Shown piece by piece: positions 1 to 12,169 of a DNA stretch of 64,000 bases. How positions within the stretch are numbered: the stretch's first letter is position 1; each line of letters starts with the position of its first letter. Origin of the DNA: Xylographa opegraphella (lineage: Eukaryota); contig JALDZX010000005.1 in assembly GCA_022813865.1 (NCBI GenBank), forward strand, positions 434,001-498,000, in the 5' to 3' direction. Position numbers and translations under genes: made by a program. The notes beneath the pieces were generated by a model. That model searched no databases and had not been told where the DNA came from. It saw only the letters and a list, made by a program, of their open reading frames with translations.

Positions 1-599
1 CCCGTTTTCTCCCGTGACGGCCCTTTTAATACCACAACCTTACTCCGTATTTCAATGAATCTTCCATCGTCGTGTCTTTTTGCATCGCGAGGCGAAGGCT
101 TCACGGCGTACAAGCGCCCCATATCAAGTGACATGATAGATTTTACGTTGTACCTACTGTAAATCGTTGAGATTCCCCTTCACACCTCGATGATCAGGCA
201 ATATAAGCTCGATTGTGACTGATAGAACTGTTCTTGAGCGGGGGAGATTGTTTGATTCATCTCTCTTGGTGGAGCAGTGCCGGTTCCTGCATCTCTGTGA
301 AGGCATAATTCTTTACTTTGGCCTTGTGGGTCGTTCGTCCCATATGTTGAGTCATACTGTTGGGCCCTTCAGAAACTAAAGCCATCATCGAATCCTTCCA
401 CTCTGACTTCAGTTTCCCATGTATACATGAGGGTATATATCATTTCTTATTCCACTGTAATTGCTATCATGAGTCTACGAAGTTTCTCTGCTTTCTCCTT
501 ACTTCTATCTTGTCGTTCTTGATTCGTCACCTCTCCTTCTCTTGCCTTGCCATTCCACCCCCATAAATCTCCTTTAACTATAATACGTGGTGTTATCGT

Positions 600-1400
600 C
601 AATCGAGTATGGCCAGGCGGTATACAATCGGACTGGAAGGCCCAACGCCGGACAACAATCGGTGCGAATCGTTACTGTATCGGGCTTAAAGAAAGCCTTC
701 AAAAGATCCATTTTCTACCATTATCAGCATCGAAAACATATTATGTATACCTTTTCTTTTCGGCTGTGCTATTTGTAGTACTTCCACCGTCAATTTATAC
801 AGATGAATCAATGCAGGCTTACAAAGAAGGCATTGACACGCTGAACTGTCACTCAATACTCAAAAACATCAGTTGTAAGGGCTATAAACCTTTACAGCCC
901 CTTCCCCAATACTACTTTAGCCCCAACTGGCTCTATAAGCCTTAGGGAACTGTGACATCAGTATCCATTGCCACAGCTCTTTGATTTTTGTCTTACGGTA
1001 CGACGAGGGAAACGATAGCTGTATGATACAGCTGAAGACGAAAACAATTAATGTGATACGCCGTATCAAGCACGATATCAGGGAAACGGATTTCTACAAA
1101 TTATTCAACAGCTTTGCAAGCATGATTTCAGAAGATAAACCCTTTGATTTAAATAAAAGCATACTTATTAATTGCTTTTTCGAATCAATAACTGTGCCTC
1201 ATTCGACAGTTGCAGAAGTCCGCATAAAAAACATACGCGTAGATATTCGACAAAGATGACCAGCAATTTGCTGTTTAATGGACTTGGCCAGAAAATTGAT
1301 CGCTCTGTTGAACCGGATGATGAATCATGCTCGGGAAACCTAGGAATGGAGATAGTACGAAGAGCAGAATCTGAGGATTAGATTAAAGCGGTTCTGTGCT
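600..1400 (+). pseudogene. Possible decayed gene relic (unidentified)
   Basis: AT-rich stretch with short protein-like ORF pieces in shifting frames (587-778, 547-945, 981-1259, 1172-1381), an intron-like GTATAC...TTTGTAG near 746-778 and scattered in-frame stops; no recognisable domain. Confidence 0.2.
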
Positions 1401-3445
1401 GTGAATTGGAGAGGTTGAGTCCAAACAGAATTTGAATATATATACATGCACGACTAAGCGCCAGGTTTCAACCATCACAACAGGAGAGCTTTTAATCAGA
1501 ACTCAGTATGGAACGGTCTCGAACTGGATTTCACGATACAAGTCCCGGAGCCTAAGGATAAAACAACTATTGACGAGCACCTCAATTTCATCAGTGAGAA
1601 CCAGTAAACATGGCAACTAGAAGCTGATGATTCATTGAAGAATCCTGGTGAGTCCGAAGATTCTGGTGTCTGCAGTTAAGGGAATTGGATGAGACAAACT
1701 ACCTCCGAAGTTCAATAGCATGAGCTGGAAATATCGGAACGGAATTTGGTAGTATGGTACTCGGCTCCGGGAAGGAATGCGACAAGTTATACGCCAGAAC
1801 AAGATGTACTAAAACATCATGACTGCAGAATCATGAGCTACAATGCCTTGCAAGGTACGGCAACTTTGCAGTAACTATGGTCCACAGGGCATTTCCACGA
1901 CAACCTTCGCGAAAGTTTTTATATTGATGAGACCGATGCCTAGGTTCCTATTATAGACCACAAAGATGAAAAGATCGCCATCCTTAGGTGGAAGTTGAAT
2001 GAGATGAAAGTCTATTCCATAGAAAGCTAAAGTTCGTATGAATGATCATATACAACGGAAAGAGTTCAGTCTAATAGAAATGGATAAGACATGAAAATAC
2101 ATAGGATTGCAGAAAGGGGGCAAATGGCCAGCGCAGCTGTATGCCATGTAAGTGACGTTTTCAGGTAGGAAGGTAGAATACGCAGACTTGATGTATGTTA
2201 CACACCGCCTTATCGTGATGCGTACCTTATGGCTTCGCCGTTGAAGCCATGCAAACGTGGAGGTATTCCCTATCGAGAAGGATTGCGAGAGTCTCCATTC
2301 TTTGTGCTTCTCTCGCAGCAAAACGAGCAGGATTCTTCTGGGCTGGATTGATAGTCATCGGCATAGCTGATAGATACTACTATATCTACTCTTGTTGAGA
2401 ATCCGAGACACGGACGACGAGCAAGCAGGCAGGCCATACATTCTCTGTGCCGTTTCGCGATTATCGTGCAGCATGATTCGAGAAGGTTGGATCTGTGGCA
2501 AAGATGCTGCCAAACATGATTGTCAGTTGCTAAGATCACACGTGGTTGATTATCTGCGTTGAATGCATGAAACTGTGCCGTATCCTAACCTACTGCTCCA
2601 CCACCAAGAGTTGACTTCCCCGCATTTCTCAAGTGTAGGCTTTGCGATACGCATGGTCGCAAACTATTTCCTAGATAGTACATCCTTGACTGGCAGCTTC
2701 GGGCGTTGTCACCGCGTTGCTGCTGATAGGCGATTGATGTCATGTTCTCCTTACGCTCGTCCTCGTAGCGGTACGAAATAGGATATGCGAAACCGATTCA
2801 GAGTTTCGACGCCATATCTTCCCCGCCTAACTTTGACATATCTTACGAAAGCCTCGTGCCGTGAGATACTTTGCTTGGTCAAGATTCGCTAGCTTGTTGA
2901 ACGCCTCCGGTGTTGCGTAACACGCTTTATGGCTGGGTAAATCTTCAACGCGAGTCCTCATCTGTTGCACCTCTTCGCTGGTAATAAGACCAACACAGAC
3001 AGTTGTTTTCTGCTGGCTGAATCGTCTCATATATACGGATTAGCTGATCTATGCTCTCCAACATTTGTGGTAATCGTCTTTAAGCCAGTTAAACATATCG
3101 GAATTCTTTAGGTATATTCTGGGCCGCGATTTCTTCTGATATCAATGCAGCTTTTGATAGTTTCTTACTATATGGTCAAATAGCTAGTGATGTTGGAGAG
3201 ATATACGGCTTAGATGTGCCAGAAATCTACGGTCGATTGGGTTTGATCGACCAGTTGCTTCCAACAGACGATGTCTATATTATAAGGCATCTCACTCCTT
3301 TCTGTCTTCTCAAGACACACTCTCTTCATCTCTCTTCACGCTCTCTTGAGTCCACATTGCCAAGCAGAACCCCCAGACCTCTTTGAGATCTCGTTATTAC
3401 TTGGCAAGTTAAACTAGACTCCATCGCACCAATCGTCTATACAAG

Positions 3446-3803
3446 ATGCAAGTCTCCATCATCCAGATCCACGCCATTGTGGCAGCGATTCTCGCTCTCG
3501 GTGTCTCGGGCACACCAGTGTACGTCATTCCCAATACTCCTATCTGGTCCCTTAGATACTGATCCCAAGACAGAGGCATTCTCAGTGAACTGCAGACCCG
3601 CTCCAACATGTTAGAAGCTCGCGTCAATGAGCTGGTGGCTCGTCACTGCACTTTTGCCGGCGAGGCCGCTTGTAGTTCGTACTGCAAGGCACACGGAGGC
3701 GGAACGTGTGCCGAGTTCAGTCCTACAAGCTGGGGATGTAGCACATGCGTAAGGCACCATGGCTCTTGGTATGCTCGTGGCAGGGGCTGACTGGTTGCAG
3801 TGA
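3446..3803 (+). CDS. Secreted cysteine-rich defensin-like prepropeptide (3 exons: 3446-3519, 3574-3748, 3801-3803)
   Basis: Spliced translation MQVSIIQIHAIVAAILALGVSGTPVGILSELQTRSNMLEARVNELVAR-HCTFAGEAACSSYCKAHGGGTCAEFSPTSWGCSTC*. It has a signal peptide, an LxxR-ending propeptide and six Cys with CxxxC and GxC. Introns GTACGT..CTGAT..CAG (3520-3573) and GTAAGG..GCTGAC..CAG (3749-3800) keep the frame. Confidence 0.8.
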
Positions 3804-5301
3804 TTAAATAGTTGCTAAGGGAGCACTTGTTGTCTGGAATCTTGACTAGATTAAGCTGCGGAAGTGATAGCTGGAGAGATGAAGGATGGGTCTTGGTGAT
3901 ACGGTTTTCTCTTTTGGTTGCTTTTCTCGGTTTGCCTCGTTCGGTTCCCTCTCTAAGTTAGCATTCGAATAAAGGTATCTAGATTTCTATGACTTTTGGC
4001 GTGTTGCCAGTCTCTTTCATCTATCATTGGACAATCTGCCACATTACACGTGACTACCGGGGCTTTAATAAGTGTCAGTAAAGATGGTTTGGCAGCTGAT
4101 CGCTCTGTGTCTATGTCCACTGTGACTATAATCTAATTAAGCTCCCATATATGGAGAGGGAGCGGCCTCCTGGCAAGCGCTGTCTGGACTAGAGGACCTG
4201 TGAAAGGGTGACGAGTCGGTGCACTTGAAGTGAATTGTATACAATATACTGTACGCTTTGTTGCATTCTCCAGGATTGCGCAGGTCTTGTGTAACCCCCG
4301 CCACCACGAGGATCCCGGTAGAGAACGAGATCCATGGTGAATTGTACAAGCATATACGATAGATATACGGGCCAAATGATTCTCCAGGGATAACCCTGAA
4401 GTCGATACTGCATTCCGTATCAAACATGGCGGTTTCACTGGCGAGGCTAGGGTGCACCAGTGGCGTGATAGCTTCTGAAGATCTGACCACCCCAGATTTT
4501 GCCGTGGAATACAGGGTGGATAGACTCTCCTGCACTCGACTTCGCTGAGCGAAGCTCTTGGCTTGCCTTCCTGCAGGCCACAAACGAATGGTATTACATC
4601 ACAAACGACGTCCACCACGCCGACATTCCTCACAACCACCACTGAAGCGCCGTCCGAACGCCCATCTCTCCATACTTTGCTCCACTCGCCGTTTAGCTCC
4701 CGTCTCGAGGACTCCTCCAAATGACTGTTTTCACGTTTCATTCGCGACCCACGGTTCAACCCCGATTAAAGTTGCCCCAGCCGTGATCGGTAGACGCCTG
4801 AACCACGAATGCGAGCCTCTCTCGTTGCGACAGCCCTTGCTGGCCAAGGCAACCACAATTAGCAGCTCGCGCAAGGGTAGCGCAATCTATTTTCACGAAC
4901 GTACCTGGTCGGGGTCCTTGGTTGGTGAGCGGTTGCGCTGATTGGGTGCTGCATTTCTGTAGCCGCTGAAGATGGCCCGTGCGTAAGCGCTGGCAGGGGG
5001 TGGCGAGCGGTGCTTGAGAGGACGGCCGTTGATGAATCGTCGATGGGGGAAAGCGCGAGGGGGAGGATGGGGAAGGGATAAGTATGAGGTCGTGTCTCGA
5101 CGAGGAGGCTGTTTGGTTGTCGTGGAAGCTCACTTTTTTTGATTGCGACTTGGGAGAAGAAATAAGGATTGATTCCTTGTTTGGTTTGAGACTTTGCTTT
5201 CTGGATACAAGATTTATATTTTTGTGTTTTTCGACTTTTGCTCTCACGTTATTCGTTTCAGCTTCTACTCCCCCGGAAGACCCAAACGCGTCTCCACAGC
5301 A

Positions 5302-6099
5302 ATGGCTGGAATGAAAAGCCCCCTGACCGTCGAGACACGCCGCCGACTGTATGAGGAAGATTCGAAATGGCCCGTCAAAGCGATACTGCGTATCGTGGCC
5401 GCCTGCTTCGCTCTCGTCGCTACGATACTCTTCGCCATCGCCACATCCTTCGAGAACGCCAACTTCTCCAATACAGATGGTAACGGAGACTGGACCGATG
5501 GTCTCGCCCTTGCTCCTGTATGTCCACCCCACGCCCGACAACCCCGCGTATTCTGCTACGTACTGACCGGTCATCTGTCCAGGTCGTGCTCTCCTTTCTC
5601 TACAACATCGCCACCCTCACTCTCCACTTCCTCGTGCGCGGTGGACACCATTTCCATCCCGGCTGGCACATAGCCGGCGACTTCCTCGTCTGGGGCCTCT
5701 CAATACCGGCCATCATCTTCGCCGTCGGAGGCGGCATCTTCTGGTACTGGGCACCAGCCGTCCCAAGCCAGACCGGCATGGTGGACTGTGCCTTCTTCGT
5801 GAACGCCTGGGCGCCAGAATGCAACGCCGTTGCATACACGATCGGGCATCTCGAGATCGCAGGCATCGTCATGCTGTTCTTAGTCTTGTGAGTCTCCCCG
5901 CGCTCCCGGCCGCCTATGCAAGGCGCCACACGGCGTGTGTACGTCTGACTGTTATAGTGTCATCCACATTACTCTCTTCGCCTTCGCTTGCGTCGATGGT
6001 CACAAATGGAGGAAGGACGGAAAGCTGCGTGGAGTGGGGAAGCAGGATTTCGAACTCCAGTATAATAAGGATCCGGAACAGCAGTCCTATACTACTTGA
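5302..6099 (+). CDS. Four-helix integral membrane protein, MARVEL-like (3 exons)
   Basis: MAGMKSPLTVE... with four hydrophobic segments (AILRIVAACFALVATILFAIA; VVLSFLYNIATL; HPGWHIAGDFLVWGL; LEIAGIVMLFLV/VIHITLFAFAC). Introns GTATGT ~5518-5582 and GTGAGT 5888-5957 restore one frame ending TGA 6097-6099. Confidence 0.75.
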
Positions 6100-6710
6100 A
6101 GGGAAGTGTGGTATCGTAGCAGACGGAGAATCTGAGCTTCAGCTCCTATGTATGGATAATGGCGTTAGCGTCCGTCGGCGTCTGGTTGCGCTGGTTGGGG
6201 AAGGGCCCAGAACGGCAATTTTATCTTCTAGAGGATGAAACGTTAACATAGGCGTCGGGGGATCAATGAATTCCCCTTCTTGGCTGCGCAGTCTGGGTGG
6301 CAAACATCGCCCGCGACTCTCAGCCAGGCCGACAGCCAACTGTCATTATCGTGTCTCACTTGCCGAGTCCATACCGATCATGCGCAAAGCAAAAACGGCA
6401 ACCACGATCTCCATCTCCAACCATTGCCCTTCTCGCCGTCCGACGTTCAAAGCAGCCAATAGCACGCTCCACCCTCGCCCATGGTACCCTTTCCCCCCAG
6501 CGGCCGCGCTAGCTCCTACAAGGCTGGCCCTAACCCCCTAGTCCAATCCTTTTTATACCAGAAAAAGAATAATCGATAAGCGGCACCGCATCATCACCCA
6601 AACACGACCTGCCAAACTCTTCAAACAAGCACGATCCAACACCTCACCCCCGAATCCCAGCCTCCACCTCTCAGTTCCCGACCTCATCTCCTCACCGCCA
6701 AAAAAACCAA

Positions 6711-7362
6711 ATGCCGCCCTCCACCCCCCGCCCCCTCACCGCGGGCCCCCCCGAAGGCCCAGAAGCGCCTTTCCCGCTGAAGCTCAGCGGCAAGGTAGTC
6801 AAAGGCTTCGGGCGCGGCAGCGCGGAGGTAAGCCCCCCATCCCCATTCCCACCATACCTCCTCCCCTCCTCCCCCCTCCTCCAAACCCCCCCTAACCCCC
6901 GTCTCACAGCTCGGCATCCCCACCGCCAACATCCCCATCTCGGGCCTCACCATCGGCGGCCACCCGTCCCTCGCCTCAGGGATCTACTACGGCTTCGCCG
7001 GCCTGAACGTCGACGCCTCCGGCACCCTCCACCCCCCCACCAACAGCAGCACGCCACCGACCACCTACGCCGCCGTGCTCTCCATCGGCTACAACCCCTT
7101 CTACAAGAACACGGTGCGCAGCGTCGAAGTGCACGTGCTGCACGCCTTCGCGCATGACTTCTACGGCGCCCACATGGACCTGCTCGTGCTCGGCTTCGTG
7201 CGGCCCGAGTACGACTACGTGAGTAAGGAGGCGCTGATTGCTGATATCAGGGAGGATGTTGAGGTCGCGAGGAGGAGTTTGGCGCGGGAGGCGTATGCGT
7301 GCTGGGAGGGGGATGCGTGGTTGCGGAGGGGGGCGGGGGTGGGTGGGGATGTGGGGAGTTGA
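6711..7362 (+). CDS. FMN1: Riboflavin kinase (2 exons, intron ~6828-6910)
   Basis: GKVVKGFGRGSAE|LGIPTAN, SIGYNPFYKNTVRSVEVHVLH and RPEYDY are hallmark riboflavin kinase motifs; GTAAGC donor and CACAG acceptor. Confidence 0.95.
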
Positions 7363-8155
7363 GTTCGTTTGGGAGGAGGGTGGGGGGTGAGTGGTCAGAG
7401 GGAGGAGAGGATGCCCGTGGCGGGAGCAGGAGATCGATGGCAGGCGTGGCGATGGAATCACGTACACGCATCGCTTACACGCACGGCCACGGCCACGGCC
7501 GCCAGCACGGCCAGCACGGCAGTCGCGGGCAGGCGCGGCGAAGGGAAACGAGGGGTGTGGGTCCGGCTCCGGGTCCGGGGAAGACAGAGCGGGCACGCAC
7601 GGCGACCTCGGCATATCTCCTCACGGGGAGGGGAGCACCGCATAAGCGAAGGGGGACGCCCGAGCATACCGCATGAAGTCGTGTAGCATATAAAATTGAA
7701 CTAAAACCAAGAAAAAAACTCCGTCGCACAAAACGCCGGCCCAACCGCCCCTGCGTGCGTGATTTTCAGCGCTGCAGTCGGGTGTGTGCAGGGGGGGGGG
7801 GAGGATGGCCGCCATCGCCGCAGTTGTCAAATGTACATGCATGAGCTGCGCGCGGGCGGGCGCGCCGCAGGTGAGCTGGCCTGACACCGGGAAGGGAGGG
7901 TCCGTGATGTTCGGGCTTTGGTGTGGGGGGGAGAACGGGCCTTCGTTGTTGGTACATGTCAATCGCAGGAATCCAAGAACGCCGTCCGTATATGCGGGGG
8001 CGCCCTTCGGTGGCCTGTAGCTTTCGAAGGGCTTTCGATACGAGGGTCGCTTGGAGGGAGAGTATCCGATTTTGTGCGAAGGCCGTTTCGTGGGAGAGGG
8101 AATCGTGGCTTCGTGATCTGGTCCGATATCGCCGATCTGTGCGTCCGGGGGTATA

Positions 8156-10490
8156 TCAGATACATGGGAGGAACTGGGAGCAGAAGTTAGCGCGATGGAG
8201 GAGGAAACGACGGTCGGTGCGAGAAGGAGTGGGACTTGCATTCATGACAATCACTGCAGAAGCGTGAGTTAGCTGGGTTCGTTGGTAGAAATGGTCGGCT
8301 GCATACTCATCGGGATATCGAACAGATCTCTCTTCACAGTCCAGCAGCAGGTGCAGTCCACCTTGCCATCCTTGTCGCCCAGTTCGTCAATACCTGCCTC
8401 TCCAGCAATCTCGCCCTTGCCTTGCAATCGGTTCGTCCTCTTCCGTTTCATCTGTAATGTCTGGTTGTCGTCCAGATCCATCGTATCAGTCGAAAGGGGC
8501 ACGTCTTCCTTGCTCCTGTATTTCAGAAGCTTGCATCTTGTGGTAACGCTTCCTCTGGAGTCTCCGAACGCCATTCGTGAGAAGTCTTCGTAAAACTCGA
8601 TGACGCTGTCATCGTCAAGTAACTCGGCGAGAAAGACGGGTTGTGGCCTCGAAGGATCAAGAACTTCTGGAGCCAATCGTGGTGTATTAGCTCCACCTCG
8701 AGATGATGCTCCCGTACCTGGTGCTCCTGATGTCCCACCGGTATTGATGTTGAGGTTGGCCTCCTTGCCAAGGAGAACGTCTTTTCTCCAACCGGTAAGT
8801 ATGCTGAACTCTTTACCCACAGCGGCGACTTCACCGGTGCGACGACACACAATAGTAGGAGTTCCACACGCGTTAATGAAGTCTTCGTATTCCCATAAAG
8901 TTCGTTGAAAACATTTTTCCATGAAGATAAGATCGTCCCGGTTCAAAGATTTTGTACAAGATAGAAACGAAGGCCGTATCGATGCCAAAGACTTCGCAAT
9001 GCGCAGGGTCTTTTGTGGTGAAAAGCGACGTTGGAGGAAGGCAATCAAGCTGTGGAACCCAGCAGTGTAGGAATAAGGCTGATTCACACTCTCGTACACC
9101 GCTGACGGATCACGCGGTCGTCGATATTGCGCGTTCGTGTTGGGTATTGGAGCGTTCGGTTGGATCGGCCTTTGCTGCGTGGGGAATGCCTGAGGGTTCG
9201 CTCGATTGTTATTCCCCATGTACAAAGACGCAGCGTTAGGACTATCGTCGAAGCCAGACATCATGACCTGTGGACTGGATGATGCAGGACTGGCAAGGTT
9301 GCTACCGCCTGCTCCGATGGTAAATGCGTTGGGCAGTTCTTGCTTCATTCTACTGTTCGAACTGTCCTGCGTCCGCGAGGTGAGATTGAATGTGTTGGAA
9401 GGTCCAGTTTGTCTGACATTGGATTGCGTAGCGGCTCTCCAGTCGTTGACGTTCTGGTCCTGGTTGTACAGGTACGCCTGAGCATTGATGGGACTGTTAT
9501 TATAGCTTGGCGACAACGCTGCGGGCGGAGAGAAGTTGACACTGTTATTTTGATTCATCTGGCTTGTGCTGTCGCTCGGAGGAGTTTGTACCGCCCCTGA
9601 AGACATATGGGCGAGCATTCCGAACTCGAGAGCGCCATAGTGGTTTCCGAAGTTGAAACTGGCGGGGTCGAAGTTGTATTGTGCGAGGTCCTGCGGGTCC
9701 AAAAAGTTGTTGCCGAAAGTGCCCTGTAGAGGATTGGACTGGTCTACCACGGCGTTTTGCTGCATTACGTCTACCAAGCTTTGCATAGAAGGCGTTGGTT
9801 GTGGAGCAGCCGAACTGAATTGGGAAGCCATTGGGGATTGCTGTGGACCGAATCCTTGAGGGCTCATCATGCTGTCCGGCAGTGAAGCCGACATTTGATT
9901 GCTCTGAACAGGATTCGGATACATGGGGTACGCAGCAGTGACCGCTTGTCGTTGACCGTAGATGCTGTTGATCGACGGCTCCGGGAACCCCTGAAGTGAA
10001 GCCACTTGCTCGCGCCGCATGCTGCTCGGACTGTTGGAGTACTGGAAGTGACTGGATGCTACACCAGGTATAAGAGTTTCCGTAGGCGCATCATGCAGAT
10101 ATTTTGCTTTCTTTCGGACACCGTCTGCACAGGCGTCCTGCAAGCCACGCTTGATACAGCGTTGACACGGCCTTTCATCTCCTGCAGATGGTTCAGCAGG
10201 TACGAAACAGCAGACACCTGAATACCGAGACCTGATTTTCAGTACGTACCACAAGTCAAGTGAGCCCGCTGACAGGCAAAGCACGCTCTCCGGGCCTTCT
10301 TCCGTCGGGGTCGCAGCGGATCCTTAGCATTCGAGGCACTCTTGGACTGTCCGTTGCTCGACTTGCTGTGACCAGCGGGCCGCCCCGTCAATTCAGGGTG
10401 CTCTGCCATCTGTCCGTCGTCTGGGTCAGCGCTATCTTCGGCGGGTGACTGTGAACGGGAGGCGCCATCGTTGTCCGTGTCGGAGGTCAT
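8156..10490 (-). CDS. acuK: Zn2Cys6 transcription activator of gluconeogenesis, AcuK/Ert1/Rds2 family (4 exons: 10490-10250, 10181-8307, 8253-8240, 8173-8156)
   Basis: [47 protein letters not shown] zinc cluster. PAS-like C-terminal region ([49 protein letters not shown]). Splicing restores the terminal MIVMNFLPCI*. Confidence 0.92.
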
Positions 10491-11287
10491 GATATATGTG
10501 TTGAAAGGGAGACGGTCGAAGCTTTTCGACCCCCCCTGTTCTGCCACAAGCCAGTATCCGTAAAGCACCCAGGACTTGGGATCGCCCACGTTCTCTCAAT
10601 GCGGCTACCCGGAAACTCAAAGCCAAGTGAGCGGTCCACCCACCCTCGAGGGGAACAAATTCCCCGGCGCTTTCCTCGACGAGGGAAGAGGCAACTTCCC
10701 ACAAATAGCACAGTTACGACAGCTGGATGTGCAGTCTCCGTGCAATGGCACTGCCTTGGTGTGCCAGCAACACGAGACGAGAAGTACGACGGTTGTCGAG
10801 AAGAGGGCCGACAGGAAGCTCTCCGTCCCAGGACGACCGAGGGCGAGACTGAAGAAGGGTCTTCTGGAACCAGCCAACGCCAGTCCAGGCAAGCGTCGAG
10901 AGAATGACGGTGGTCGAGCAGTCGAGCAGGGGGAACGGCAATGCACCAATGGACGTGGGGATGCCCGACTCCACCCACGACTTTTCTGGGAATCTCTGGT
11001 GCGCCGCTTCGATGAGGATTGGCTGGTTAGTTGTGTCACATCGCCTGTGCCTGTACGGGGTCTACTGCGGACATGGTCATCGAGGCGCGTTAGAGGCTTG
11101 CGGAGGGAGGGATCGACTTGTGGGCTGGAAGTCTGCTGTTAGACGGGGGGGGCTAGGTAGTTTTCTTTCGTGATGATGGCTGCCACGGTAGAGAACGTCA
11201 AAGGCCGGTGCAGGGGGCAAGTCAGCTGAAGAGGTTGTCGACCCAATGATGAAGAAGGTGTGGGATGTGAGACTGGGGACTTGGGGG

Positions 11288-11335
11288 NNNNNNNNNNNNN
11301 NNNNNNNNNNNNNNNNNNNNNNNNNNNNNNNNNNN
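11288..11335. other. Assembly gap (48 N) flanked by G runs
   Basis: N run seen directly. Confidence 0.99.
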
Positions 11336-12101
11336 GGGTGCGGGAGTTTCTACCAAGATTGCGAGCAAGATGGAGACTTTCATCTAGCCGCCAATTACCT
11401 TACGGTACATGCAACGCCTCTGCTAGCGGGTGCTAGTGGCTGTCTGCAAACCTTGTTGAGCCACAGTCGCGCGAGGATCGACCAGTCGAAAGCAGACTTG
11501 CGCCGCCTGTTTCTCCACAACGGGCCACAGCGGGCGACGGATGATAGCGTCGGCCTAGTCGATGATCAATACACTCCTTACCACAGTAAGCGTGAGCTTG
11601 ACGTACGGGCCCAGCACTAGAGGCGTAATCTACTCGGCCGATGCCCGACTCGGCTCGCTTCCACTCGCTGCGCTTTCCGGCCCGAGCGTCAAAAAGCGGG
11701 GCGACTAGGCCGCAAGGAGGGAGGCGTGACGGCGAAAAGGAGCTGGTCAGGGCGCGGGTGGCGAGAAAGGACGGCGGCGACGGTAACACCATCCCTCGTT
11801 CCACGTTTTTGACAGATTCTGTAGAGCCCGTCCTCGTGCGTCGTACGATCCGGACCTCGCGATCATGGCGGATGTGCCGCCTTCACGGTGCAAAGAGCGC
11901 GCCATGTCAAAGCCGCCGGAGTCCCTGCTGGATTCGGCCTGGCCCCTGCACGAAGCGCCACAAATAGAAATGCAATTGTCTACCCGGCCACGCCGACTGA
12001 AACTCAAACTGGCCACAAACGATGCAGGTGTGAGAAACAATGCTCTATCTATTGTCCCTTCAGCCAAGCCAGTGCTGCGCTGCACCTCCAAAAGTCAACC
12101 C

Positions 12102-12115
12102 NNNNNNNNNNNNNN
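12102..12115. other. Assembly gap (14 N) flanked by C runs
   Basis: N run seen directly. Confidence 0.99.
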
Positions 12116-12169
12116 CCCCCAAAACCCCAACCCCAACCCCACTCCTTCCCAACAACGAAGCCCCTGACC

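Noticed and set aside
4133..5574. Minus-strand ORFs of 208 and 272 aa
   Set aside because: Low-complexity translations with no motifs; the longer one is partly antisense to the membrane-protein gene and crosses its promoter.
7481..7520. CACGGC-type short tandem repeats
   Set aside because: Simple microsatellite-like sequence in a 3' intergenic region; no spacers, so not CRISPR-like.
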